From: Sinorhizobium meliloti
GTDB lineage: Bacteria; Pseudomonadota; Alphaproteobacteria; Rhizobiales; Rhizobiaceae
Assembly: GCF_017876815.1 (NCBI RefSeq)
Contig: NZ_JAGIOS010000002.1
Coordinates: 450,001 to 482,000, forward strand
Length of the DNA: 32,000 nucleotides
Direction: 5' to 3'
Under the pieces are notes generated by a model. The model was given only the letters and a program-made list of their open reading frames with translations. It searched no databases and was not told where the DNA came from. This document shows positions 16,669-24,547 of this stretch, one piece after another; position 1 is the stretch's first letter; each line of letters opens with the position of its first letter. Position numbers and translations under genes: made by a program.

Positions 16669-18161
16669 CGGCGGATTTCCTCGCCGTACGCGGCATCAGG
16701 AAATCGTTCGGCCAGATCGAGGTTCTCCATGGCGTGGACCTCGATCTGCCGGCAGGAACGATTACCGCCCTTCTGGGGGAGAACGGGGCCGGCAAGTCCA
16801 CATTCGTGCGGATCCTGGCCGGAGACCACATGCCCGACGGCGGCACGATCTCTGTGGACGGCGCCGTTGCCTCCTTTCGCGGTGTGGGAGATGCGCGCGC
16901 GGCGGGAATCCGTTTGATCGCCCAGGAGATCGCCGATGCGCGGACGCTCTCGGTGGCGGAGAACATTCTGCTCGGTGCATGGCCGACGCGGGCCGGGCTC
17001 GTCGATTACCGGTCCATGCGCGAACTGGCACGACAGGCGCTGGAAATGCTTGGCACCGAACTTCCACTGGAGGCGAAGGTCGCCTCTCTGCGGTTGGGCG
17101 AACGGCAGATCATCGAGATCGCCCGCTCCACGATAGGCGCCTCGAAATGCATTATTTTCGACGAGGCGACCGCGGCCCTCTCGGACGCGGAGGCACGCAA
17201 ACTCTTCCAGTTGATTCGGCGTCTTGCGGGACGCGGCGTCGCCATTCTCTACATCACCCACCGGCTCGATGAAGTGTTCGCGCTTGCCGACCGGGTGTGT
17301 GTCCTGCGCGACGGCCGCGTTTCCCTTGATAGCGCGGCGGGCGACGTCACTCAGGACCAGGTCATAGAGGCGATGGTGGGCCGCGCGGTCGCTTATGCGC
17401 GACATGCCGTACCGCCATCGACCGACGCTCCTCCGGTGCTGAAAGCAACCGGCCTGGGGTCTGCTTCCTTCTTAGACGTTTCCTTTGCGTTGCGCCCGGG
17501 CGAGATCCTGGGCGTCTACGGTAAGGTCGGCTCGGGCGTTCAGGAATTGTCGAGTTCGCTGGTCGGCGCGCGCGCATTCGACGAAGGAACACTGTATGTG
17601 GAAGGCTCGCCGAGGCACTTCCGGCACCCGGCGGACGCGATTGCGGCTGGCATAGGCCATCTATCGGCGGATCGCGCGGCCGACGGCCTGCTTCGAACGA
17701 TGACGCTTGCGGAAAATCTTTCAGCTCCCAGCTGGGGCCGCTTGGCCAGGCGCGGCTTCGTGAACCGCCGCAAGCTGCGCCAGGCCTATTGCCGCTGGCA
17801 TCGCACGTTGCACATCAAGGCCGCCGGTTCCGGCGAACAACTGATCACGGAACTGTCCGGCGGCAACCAGCAGAAGGTTCTGCTAGGCCGGTGGCTTGAA
17901 GCCGGTTCGAAAATCCTCGTGCTGAGCGAACCGACACGCGGCGTCGACGTCGGCGCCCGCCAGGAAATTTACCGCGTGCTCGCCGGACTGGCTGCCAAGG
18001 GCCACGCCATCGTCGTCGCCACCTCGGATTACGAGGACATCACGGCCGTTGCCAGCCGCGCGCTGGTCATGGTGCGCGGACGGATGGTCGCTGAGATCCC
18101 GTACGAGCGCATTTCGACTGAAGCCCTGACTGAAGCCGCAGGAGGCGGTGTCCATGCCTGA
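16665..18161 (+). CDS. Sugar ABC transporter ATP-binding protein (duplicated NBD, RbsA/CUT2 type)
   Basis: 498 aa. Walker A GENGAGKST, Walker B IIFDEATAAL, second-domain signature LSGGNQQKV and LVLSEPTRGVD. ATGA overlap with the SBP stop. Confidence 0.95.
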   Translation: MTADFLAVRGIRKSFGQIEVLHGVDLDLPAGTITALLGENGAGKSTFVRILAGDHMPDGGTISVDGAVASFRGVGDARAAGIRLIAQEIADARTLSVAENILLGAWPTRAGLVDYRSMRELARQALEMLGTELPLEAKVASLRLGERQIIEIARSTIGASKCIIFDEATAALSDAEARKLFQLIRRLAGRGVAILYITHRLDEVFALADRVCVLRDGRVSLDSAAGDVTQDQVIEAMVGRAVAYARHAVPPSTDAPPVLKATGLGSASFLDVSFALRPGEILGVYGKVGSGVQELSSSLVGARAFDEGTLYVEGSPRHFRHPADAIAAGIGHLSADRAADGLLRTMTLAENLSAPSWGRLARRGFVNRRKLRQAYCRWHRTLHIKAAGSGEQLITELSGGNQQKVLLGRWLEAGSKILVLSEPTRGVDVGARQEIYRVLAGLAAKGHAIVVATSDYEDITAVASRALVMVRGRMVAEIPYERISTEALTEAAGGGVHA

Positions 18162-19149
18162 CAGTCTTCAATCCGAGACCCTCCCCATGGCCGATCTGGA
18201 GCGCAACCGGAACAGGGCGGCAATCCGCAGGGCGCCGGAATCGGCCGCCCTGCTCGCATTCCTTGTTGCGGAGATCATCTTCTTCTCGCTGAGCTCACCC
18301 TACTTCCTGACCTGGGGAAACTGGGTCAATGTCTTCACCGCGCTTTCGATCACCGGCGTTCTTGCCGCGGGAGGCACAATGCTTCTGATTGCGGGCCAAT
18401 TCGATCTGTCGGTCGGTAGCGGCGTCGCCTTCGTCGCCCTCTTGCTGGCCTTGACCATCGACAGCCTGGGGGTTCTGCCGGCCAGCGTGCTTGCGATGCT
18501 CGTCGGCGTCGGAATCGGCCTGATCAACGGCTTTCTGGTGACGAGGATCGGTGTCAACGCGCTCATCACAACGCTCGGGACGCTGGCCATCTTTCGCGGC
18601 CTCACGCAGTCCATCGGCGGCGGCAGGAATATCCCGATCGCCAATTTCGACTGGGCTATCTGGCGTCCCTTCCTGAACATTCCGCTCTCGGCGCTCGTCT
18701 TCCTGCTCGTTGCTATCATGGTCGGCATCGTGCTCAAACGCTCCGTCTTCGGCCGCTCGATCTATGCGATCGGCGCGAATGAAAACGCTGCCCGCCTCGT
18801 CGGCATCAGGACCAAGGGCGTGGTATTCGCGGGCTTTCTCCTCTCCGGCGCCTTCATCGGGCTCGGCGGTCTCATCAGCGCCTCGCAGCTCGGCTCGACA
18901 TCCGGAACCACGGGTCTCGGATTGGAGCTTGCCGTCGTCACGGCAGTCATTCTGGGAGGTACCTCGCTGAAGGGCGGGACCGGCACCATGCTCGGTACCG
19001 TGATCGGATTGTTGATTGTCGGCGTTCTCAACAACGGCTTGACGCTGATGAACGTCAACTCGTCCTGGCAGCAGGCCGCCACGGGCTTACTTTTGATCCT
19101 GGCCGTGTCTTTCGATCAGCTCCGGCAGCGGCTCGTCGGCCGACGGTGA
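18154..19149 (+). CDS. Sugar ABC transporter permease (RbsC/CUT2 type)
   Basis: About 331 aa, multi-helix hydrophobic, with the typical GQFDLSVGS and GGTSLKGGTG motifs. ATG 18154 lies 8 nt after GGAGG; the track start GTG 18148 is too close to the SD. It overlaps the ATPase stop (18159-18161). Confidence 0.9.
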   Translation: MPDSLQSETLPMADLERNRNRAAIRRAPESAALLAFLVAEIIFFSLSSPYFLTWGNWVNVFTALSITGVLAAGGTMLLIAGQFDLSVGSGVAFVALLLALTIDSLGVLPASVLAMLVGVGIGLINGFLVTRIGVNALITTLGTLAIFRGLTQSIGGGRNIPIANFDWAIWRPFLNIPLSALVFLLVAIMVGIVLKRSVFGRSIYAIGANENAARLVGIRTKGVVFAGFLLSGAFIGLGGLISASQLGSTSGTTGLGLELAVVTAVILGGTSLKGGTGTMLGTVIGLLIVGVLNNGLTLMNVNSSWQQAATGLLLILAVSFDQLRQRLVGRR

Positions 19150-19151
19150 AC

Positions 19152-20888
19152 ATGATGCACACGCAATCGACGATCCGCCTGCTCGACAATATAGATGTCC
19201 CGATGCGCGATGGCGTGAGGCTGAAGACGGATATCTGGCTACCCGCGACGGAAGAGCCGTGCCCCGTTCTGCTGCAGCGAACGCCGTATCGTCGGGAGAC
19301 GCCGTTCGGCTCCCAGTACATTTCAACATTGGAGTTCCAGACGGCTCTAGGACGGGGCTATGCCGTCGTCGTGCAGGATACGCGAGGGCGTTACGGCTCG
19401 GAAGGCGATTTCACCCCCTTCCAGACCGAGGCGAGCGATGGGGCGGATACCATCGGCTGGCTTCGTATGCAGCCGTTCTGCAACGGCTCGGTTGCGATGT
19501 TCGGCGCCTCCTATGTCGGTGCGACGCAGATCCTCGCTCTTGCGGAAAACCCGGAAGGTCTGAAGGCGATAGCGCCGCAGCTGACTACAGCCCGCCACGG
19601 CGAAACCTGGATGTATCGCGGCGGAGCGGTGGAACTCGCCTTCATACTACTTTGGGTGATCGAATCCCTTGGTCCCGATCATCTGCAGCATCGTACCGCT
19701 TTCTTGCCGGCAGACATGCGCGAGCGTGCCCGGGCTTTGTTGCAGACGTTGCGGGAGAGCCCTCACGCCGCCTTCGAGCGTCTTCCGGTCCTCGATGACG
19801 CGATCATCGAGCTTGCACCATACCTCGCGGACTGGCTCGATTCGAAAGCGATCGCCGGCGAGCGCAACCGCGACCGTCTCGAATGGGTTGAGAAAAGTCG
19901 GGCGGCGCTGCTCGTGGTCGGCGGCTGGAACGACATCTTCGTGGAAGGGTCGATCGAGCTCTTCGAGAAGGCGAGATCGCGCTGGTCCCGAGGCGAGTAC
20001 ATGCCAGACCGCCTTATCATCGGTCCCTGGTCGCACGGCAACCCGACCGACTGGCAGGGCCGCGAGTGGCTGGGTTACGCTGCGTCCACCGTCGATCTCC
20101 CGGAGGAAACCCTAAGGTTCTTCGACAGCGCTTTCGAGGACCGGGAACCGGCATCCCCCGTGGTCCGCTACTTCCGCTCCGGATCCAACACCTGGCACGC
20201 CGCGCCCGACTGGCCCCTTCCGGACAGCATTAAGGTGTCGCTCATTCTCGATTGCAGCCGGTTTTCGCTCGGCTCCACGCCTGCCGAACAGGCGAGTGCT
20301 TCCTTCATCTCCGACCCGTTGAAGCCGGTTCCCACTGCCGGTGGCGCCACTTTTCTGCCCGGCCTTTTGCTCGGCCGCAACTCCGGCCCGGTGGACCAGG
20401 CCGCGATCGAAGCGCGCGACGATGTCGTGATTTTCACCGGCCAACCGCTGGGTGAAGATCTGGAGGTTACGGGACTAGTCAGAGCACGGCTCTGGGTATC
20501 GTCCTCAGCCGCAAGCTGTGACTGGACGGCACGGCTCTGCGAAGTCGGCGCGGATGGCGGAAGCTCCGGCATTGTGGACGGCATCCTGCGCTGGTCCCGT
20601 TCGAGACAAGCAGGAGGCGAACCACAAGAAGTCGCCGTGCGCCTCGGTCACATCAGCCGCCTGTTCCGCAAGGGATGCAGGCTCCGGCTGCAGATCGCCT
20701 CGTCGAACTTTCCACGCTTCGACCGCAATCCGCAGTCCGGCATCCCGCCGACCTTGGCGAGAGCCTCCGATTTCATCAGAGCAGAACAGCGCATCTTCTC
20801 GGGAGAGGCTTTCCCAAGCCGACTCATCCTGCCAGTGGTGACCACGAGCTATGCGCAGGCGGAAACGCTGTCGGCACTGGGAAGGTAA
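19152..20888 (+). CDS. CocE/NonD-family hydrolase (X-Pro dipeptidyl-peptidase S15 fold)
   Basis: About 578 aa. DGVRLKTDIWLP...PVLLQRTPY, VVVQDTRGRYGSEG and the nucleophile motif GASYVG, plus the C-terminal beta-jelly-roll signature NFPRFDRNPQ. The start region overlaps the permease stop (19147-19149), so it is in the same operon. The exact start is uncertain (19146, 19152 or 19155). Confidence 0.9.
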   Translation: MMHTQSTIRLLDNIDVPMRDGVRLKTDIWLPATEEPCPVLLQRTPYRRETPFGSQYISTLEFQTALGRGYAVVVQDTRGRYGSEGDFTPFQTEASDGADTIGWLRMQPFCNGSVAMFGASYVGATQILALAENPEGLKAIAPQLTTARHGETWMYRGGAVELAFILLWVIESLGPDHLQHRTAFLPADMRERARALLQTLRESPHAAFERLPVLDDAIIELAPYLADWLDSKAIAGERNRDRLEWVEKSRAALLVVGGWNDIFVEGSIELFEKARSRWSRGEYMPDRLIIGPWSHGNPTDWQGREWLGYAASTVDLPEETLRFFDSAFEDREPASPVVRYFRSGSNTWHAAPDWPLPDSIKVSLILDCSRFSLGSTPAEQASASFISDPLKPVPTAGGATFLPGLLLGRNSGPVDQAAIEARDDVVIFTGQPLGEDLEVTGLVRARLWVSSSAASCDWTARLCEVGADGGSSGIVDGILRWSRSRQAGGEPQEVAVRLGHISRLFRKGCRLRLQIASSNFPRFDRNPQSGIPPTLARASDFIRAEQRIFSGEAFPSRLILPVVTTSYAQAETLSALGR

Positions 20889-20934
20889 GATACTTGCAGT
20901 CGCGGCGATCTCCCTCAAACGGGAAGCGGACCGA

Positions 20935-21711
20935 TCAAAGCCTCTTCAGGAAGCCATCCGGCGCAACGGTCACCATCAACTTGTTCTGAACCGACCGGTC
21001 GATCTCGAACTCAGGATGCGACTTCAGATACTCATGCACCGCGGTCTTCGGATTGTCGCCCACGTCCCAGGGGCGGTCGTCGAAGAAACCCGCGGGCATG
21101 TCTTCGACCAGAGTGTCGAAGACCACGCAATAGCAGCCGGCCGTCACCAACGGCGCATAGGCTTCGAGTTCGGCGAGCACATGCGCATGGGTATGCATGG
21201 AATCGAGGCATACCATGACGCGGCTGTAGCCGGCCGACGCCTCGCGCACCTGCGTGACGATGTCCGGATCGATGGAAGATCCCTCAAACATCTGGATGCG
21301 GCTCGCCAACGGATGGCTCTCGATCGCCGCGCGGTTGTGGGGGCGGATGTCGATGTCGATGCCGATGACCTTGCGCTTGGACCGGCTGGGGTCGAATGAA
21401 ACGCCCGCCTCGATCGCGTCGCACATGTCGAGCATCGCGAGCAGCGAGGCGCTCATGATCAGCGAGCCGCCATGCGCGATCCCCGTCTCGATCACCAGAT
21501 CGGGCCGTGTCGCCCAGATCAACTCCTGCATCGCCACGATATCCTGCGGATATTGGATGATCGGGCGCCCCATCCAATCGAAATTATAGACGTAGCGCTT
21601 CGCCATAGAAGCCTCGCGCCACCGGTTCGAAAGCGCCTTGAAATCGCCGTCACGGCCATAGCCGTCGATCGCGGCCGCCCGCTCGGTGCGGAATTGTTCG
21701 ATGGGGTCCAT
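20935..21711 (-). CDS. CmcI / rhamnosyl O-methyltransferase-family SAM-dependent methyltransferase (annotated generically as cephalosporin hydroxylase family)
   Basis: 258 aa. WMGRPIIQYPQDIVAMQELIW..PDLVIETGIAHGGSLI...IGIDIDIRPHN...CLDSMHTHAHVL matches the CmcI family. Its start lies 1 nt downstream of the stop of the preceding SDR gene. Confidence 0.85.
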   Translation of the reverse strand: MDPIEQFRTERAAAIDGYGRDGDFKALSNRWREASMAKRYVYNFDWMGRPIIQYPQDIVAMQELIWATRPDLVIETGIAHGGSLIMSASLLAMLDMCDAIEAGVSFDPSRSKRKVIGIDIDIRPHNRAAIESHPLASRIQMFEGSSIDPDIVTQVREASAGYSRVMVCLDSMHTHAHVLAELEAYAPLVTAGCYCVVFDTLVEDMPAGFFDDRPWDVGDNPKTAVHEYLKSHPEFEIDRSVQNKLMVTVAPDGFLKRL

Positions 21712-21712
21712 G

Positions 21713-22555
21713 TCAGATCCTGCTTCTTGTGGAGGGCCGCGGGTGGGAACCGGTATCCGGCTCTCCCTCGCCCAGGATTTCTGCGATGCGCTCTAGCACA
21801 GGTGCTGCAGCAAAAGCGAACTCGTCCTTCGACCTGTCGACAGAGATCGGTGCGAATGAAATCGTCGGCGCACCTTCGTCCACAGCTACGGAGCATTTCG
21901 TCCGGGATTGGATGGCTGCGCACCACTCGGCGTGGCTCGTCTGACGCCCGCTTGCGACGTTGTAGACGGAATGGCGGCCCTCCTGCGCGATCCGCAAGAG
22001 GAGGTCCACGGCATCGTCGATCCAGATATAATCCTTGCTCGAATCGAGCGCGGTTTGGAGCTGGATACGGCCGCTGCCTGCCTCCCGGCACAGCGCGCCC
22101 AGGAACGTGTCCGACTTCGCCTCGCCGGGCCCGACGACGTTCGACAAGCGGGCGACCCGCACCTTCTCGCGGCCGGAGGCGAGGCAGATCGCTTCGCCCG
22201 TCAACTTGGAGAGATTGTAGAGATCCGAAGGATCGAGCGGCGAGGCCGACAGCCGGGCTTCCTCGCGCGTATCTTCGCTGCCGGCATAGACTCGAGTGGA
22301 CGAGAGATAGAGAAAGGACGAAAACCCATTCTCCCGCAGGAGCTTCGCTGCGAGCGAGACATGCGCTTCGATGGTGTCGAACGGCCGGGTGCGGAAATCG
22401 GCCGTAAGGCCGATGGCAAAGATGACATGGCCGAGGTCCTCGCCGGCCGCAGGCATAGCGGCGCGGGAAGGAACACGCACCTCGGCACCCCGGTTGCGCA
22501 ATCGGCGGACGAGATTGCGCCCGATGAAACCGGAGCCGCCGAATACCGTGAACAT
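21713..22555 (-). CDS. NAD(P)-dependent epimerase/dehydratase-family SDR (probable NDP-4-ketohexose reductase)
   Basis: 280 aa from MFTVFGGSGFIGRNL (GxxGxxG), with catalytic SST...YNLSK (YxxxK). Its ATG shares 1 nt (22555) with the TGA of the upstream acetyltransferase. The track ORF extends to 22807, which would overlap that gene. Confidence 0.85.
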   Translation of the reverse strand: MFTVFGGSGFIGRNLVRRLRNRGAEVRVPSRAAMPAAGEDLGHVIFAIGLTADFRTRPFDTIEAHVSLAAKLLRENGFSSFLYLSSTRVYAGSEDTREEARLSASPLDPSDLYNLSKLTGEAICLASGREKVRVARLSNVVGPGEAKSDTFLGALCREAGSGRIQLQTALDSSKDYIWIDDAVDLLLRIAQEGRHSVYNVASGRQTSHAEWCAAIQSRTKCSVAVDEGAPTISFAPISVDRSKDEFAFAAAPVLERIAEILGEGEPDTGSHPRPSTRSRI

Positions 22556-23043
22556 CACGATCGCACCCCCAGGCGCCTCAGCGGATTGCCGCCGCAGACG
22601 GTGTAGGCTTCGACCTCGCCGCGCACGATGGACCCGGCGGCGATGACACAGCCCTTGCGCAACAGGGCGCCGTCCAGGATGACCGAATTCGCCCCGATCC
22701 AGACATCCTCCTCGACGAGGATGCCGCCGCGGCTCGGCAGGAAGCCCTGTTCCCGGATCAGGCGATCCCGGTCGCCATAGGCGTGATTGACCGGAGCGAA
22801 GGTACAATTGGCCGCGATCAAGACATTGTCGGCTATGCTTATCCCGTTGCCGGTGTAGAAGACGCAGCCGCTGTTGACATAACAGAAGCGGCCGATCGTG
22901 AGATCGCCGGTGCCGCCCACCGGTTTGACCTTGACGAAGCTGTCGATGACCGATGCTTCTCCGACGACGATCCGTGTGCCGCGCACGGAATCCTCGATAT
23001 CGCAGAGCGGGCTGATCTTAGCCGAGGGATGCACCTCGATCAT
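22555..23043 (-). CDS. Left-handed beta-helix (hexapeptide repeat) acyl/acetyltransferase
   Basis: 162 aa from MIEVHPSAKISPLCDI. Hexapeptide repeats include IGANSVILDGALLRKGCVIAAGSIVRGEV. SD GGAGT lies upstream of the ATG at complement of 23041-23043. Confidence 0.85.
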   Translation of the reverse strand: MIEVHPSAKISPLCDIEDSVRGTRIVVGEASVIDSFVKVKPVGGTGDLTIGRFCYVNSGCVFYTGNGISIADNVLIAANCTFAPVNHAYGDRDRLIREQGFLPSRGGILVEEDVWIGANSVILDGALLRKGCVIAAGSIVRGEVEAYTVCGGNPLRRLGVRS

Positions 23044-23083
23044 GATGACTCCGACATTCGAACTCCCGGATTTCGCCGGCACT

Positions 23084-23123
23084 AGCGACCTTTGCGCGTC
23101 TGATGAGACGCGCAAAGGTCGCT
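23084..23123. promoter_or_regulatory. Perfect 17-bp inverted repeat (6-nt spacer) in the divergent promoter region of the sugar genes
   Basis: AGCGACCTTTGCGCGTC-TGATGA-GACGCGCAAAGGTCGCT read directly. It lies 41 nt from the acetyltransferase ATG and 99 nt from the epimerase ATG. Confidence 0.7.
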
Positions 23124-23221
23124 GTAGAGGGCTGTCTCAGTTCTCTTTTCCAGTTAGCGCTTGCCGCGTCAACGCCGGATCGTGCAAGAAGCACCGGTTG
23201 AAATGTTCTCTCGGGGGCCTC

Positions 23222-23761
23222 ATGTCGCGGTTCAGCCGTCTCTCCACGCCACTCGCGGGCCTGACTGTCATCGAGCGCAAGCAGATGGGTGACGAACGCG
23301 GCTTTTTCTCACGCTTCTTCTGCCGGGACGAATTGCGCGATTTCGGAGCTGACGGAACGATCTCGCAGATCAACCACACCCTGACGCGAACGAAGGGCAC
23401 GATCCGTGGCATGCACTTCCAGCGGCCGCCCCATGACGAGGCGAAGTTCGTCTCGTGCCTGGCCGGCGCTGTTTTCGACGTCGCCGTCGACATCAGGCCG
23501 GATTCACCCACCTATCTGCAATGGCACGGTGAAATCCTGAGTGCCGAGAATGCCCGCTCGATGATGATCCCCGGCGGGTTTGCCCATGGATTCCAGACGC
23601 TGAGCGAGAATTGCGAACTCGTCTACCTGCACGACAAGCCCTACGCGCCCGACGCGGAAGGCGGGCTCAATCCGCTCGACCCGCGGCTTGCCATTTCCTG
23701 GCCGCTCGAAGTGGCGCAGATGTCCGAGCGCGATCGCGCCTTCGCCTTCATCTCCGCTTGA
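23222..23761 (+). CDS. NDP-4-keto-6-deoxyhexose 3,5-epimerase (dTDP-4-dehydrorhamnose 3,5-epimerase/RfbC family cupin)
   Basis: 179 aa from MSRFSRLSTPLAGLTVIE...DERGFFSRFF...IRGMHFQ...KFVSCLAGAVFDVAVDIR...IPGGFAHGFQTL...YLHDKPYAPDAEGGLNPLDPRLAISWP, collinear with RmlC/RfbC motifs. Confidence 0.9.
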   Translation: MSRFSRLSTPLAGLTVIERKQMGDERGFFSRFFCRDELRDFGADGTISQINHTLTRTKGTIRGMHFQRPPHDEAKFVSCLAGAVFDVAVDIRPDSPTYLQWHGEILSAENARSMMIPGGFAHGFQTLSENCELVYLHDKPYAPDAEGGLNPLDPRLAISWPLEVAQMSERDRAFAFISA

Positions 23762-23785
23762 GGCCGCAGCCGAAGCGGCGGCGCT

Positions 23786-24547
23786 TCACCCGAAGGTGAT
23801 GGAATCGTCGACGATGATGACCGGCCGGCCGCGGGAGCAGGCTTCGACCCGCGCCTCGACGCGGTAGACGGATTTCAGCATGTCGGCCGTGACGACCGTG
23901 TGCGTCGGGCCGCTTGCGACGACGGAGCCGCCGCTGATCACGATCGTGTCTTCGCAATAGCGCAGCGCATGATTGAGATCGTGCAGGGCGATCAGTACCG
24001 CCATGCCGGATTGAGCGGCGAGGCGCTTCATGAAGCCGAGCACCTCGATCTGGCGGAAGAGATCGAGCGCCGAGGTCGGCTCGTCCATCAGGAGAACCTC
24101 CGGCTTGCGCACGAGCGCCTGTGCGATCGAGACGAGCTGGCGCTGTCCCCCGGATAGCTCGCCAAGCCCGCGGAAGGCGAGTTCGTTGATCTTGAGCGCC
24201 GCGAGCACGCGATCGATCTCCGCCAGTTCGCCGTCCTTCACCTTCCATCCCGATCCCTGCTTGGCAGAAAGCAGAACCGACTCGTAGACGGTCAGGACGG
24301 CATTGGCGCCGGTGTCCTGCGGCATGTAGCAGATCGCCTCAGCACCGTTGGCCGTGTCGGATAGGTGTACGAGGCCGGGGCCGGCGGCGAGGCCGGCGAT
24401 CCGCTTGAACAGCGTCGACTTCCCGGCCGCGTTGGGGCCGATGACGGCGGTAAGATGCCCGCCTTTCAATGTCCCGGTATTGATGTCGGAAAGAACGACG
24501 CGCCGGCCATAGGTTGCACCGACATCCTTGAGAGCGAGGCTTACCAT
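23786..24547 (-). CDS. Iron-chelate-type ABC transporter ATP-binding protein (FecE/FepC-like)
   Basis: 253 aa from MVSLALKDV. Walker A GPNAAGKST, signature LSGGQRQLV, Walker B LLMDEPTSALD, H-loop ALHDLN. It overlaps the permease stop by 7 nt. Confidence 0.9.
   Translation of the reverse strand: MVSLALKDVGATYGRRVVLSDINTGTLKGGHLTAVIGPNAAGKSTLFKRIAGLAAGPGLVHLSDTANGAEAICYMPQDTGANAVLTVYESVLLSAKQGSGWKVKDGELAEIDRVLAALKINELAFRGLGELSGGQRQLVSIAQALVRKPEVLLMDEPTSALDLFRQIEVLGFMKRLAAQSGMAVLIALHDLNHALRYCEDTIVISGGSVVASGPTHTVVTADMLKSVYRVEARVEACSRGRPVIIVDDSITFG

Noticed and set aside
12956-20934. Looked for direct repeats, terminal inverted repeats, or integrase/transposase remnants bounding the AraC-to-CocE block, to call it a mobile insertion.
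   Set aside because: None is visible at 12956-12972 or 20889-20934, and there is no mobility gene anywhere in the window. The block cannot be called a mobile element from the sequence alone.
23095-23110. CTGATGAG in the loop of the 17-bp palindrome resembles the hammerhead ribozyme core.
   Set aside because: The motif sits in the hairpin loop. No stem II hairpin followed by GAAA, and no stem I/III arrangement, can be drawn, so this is a coincidental match.
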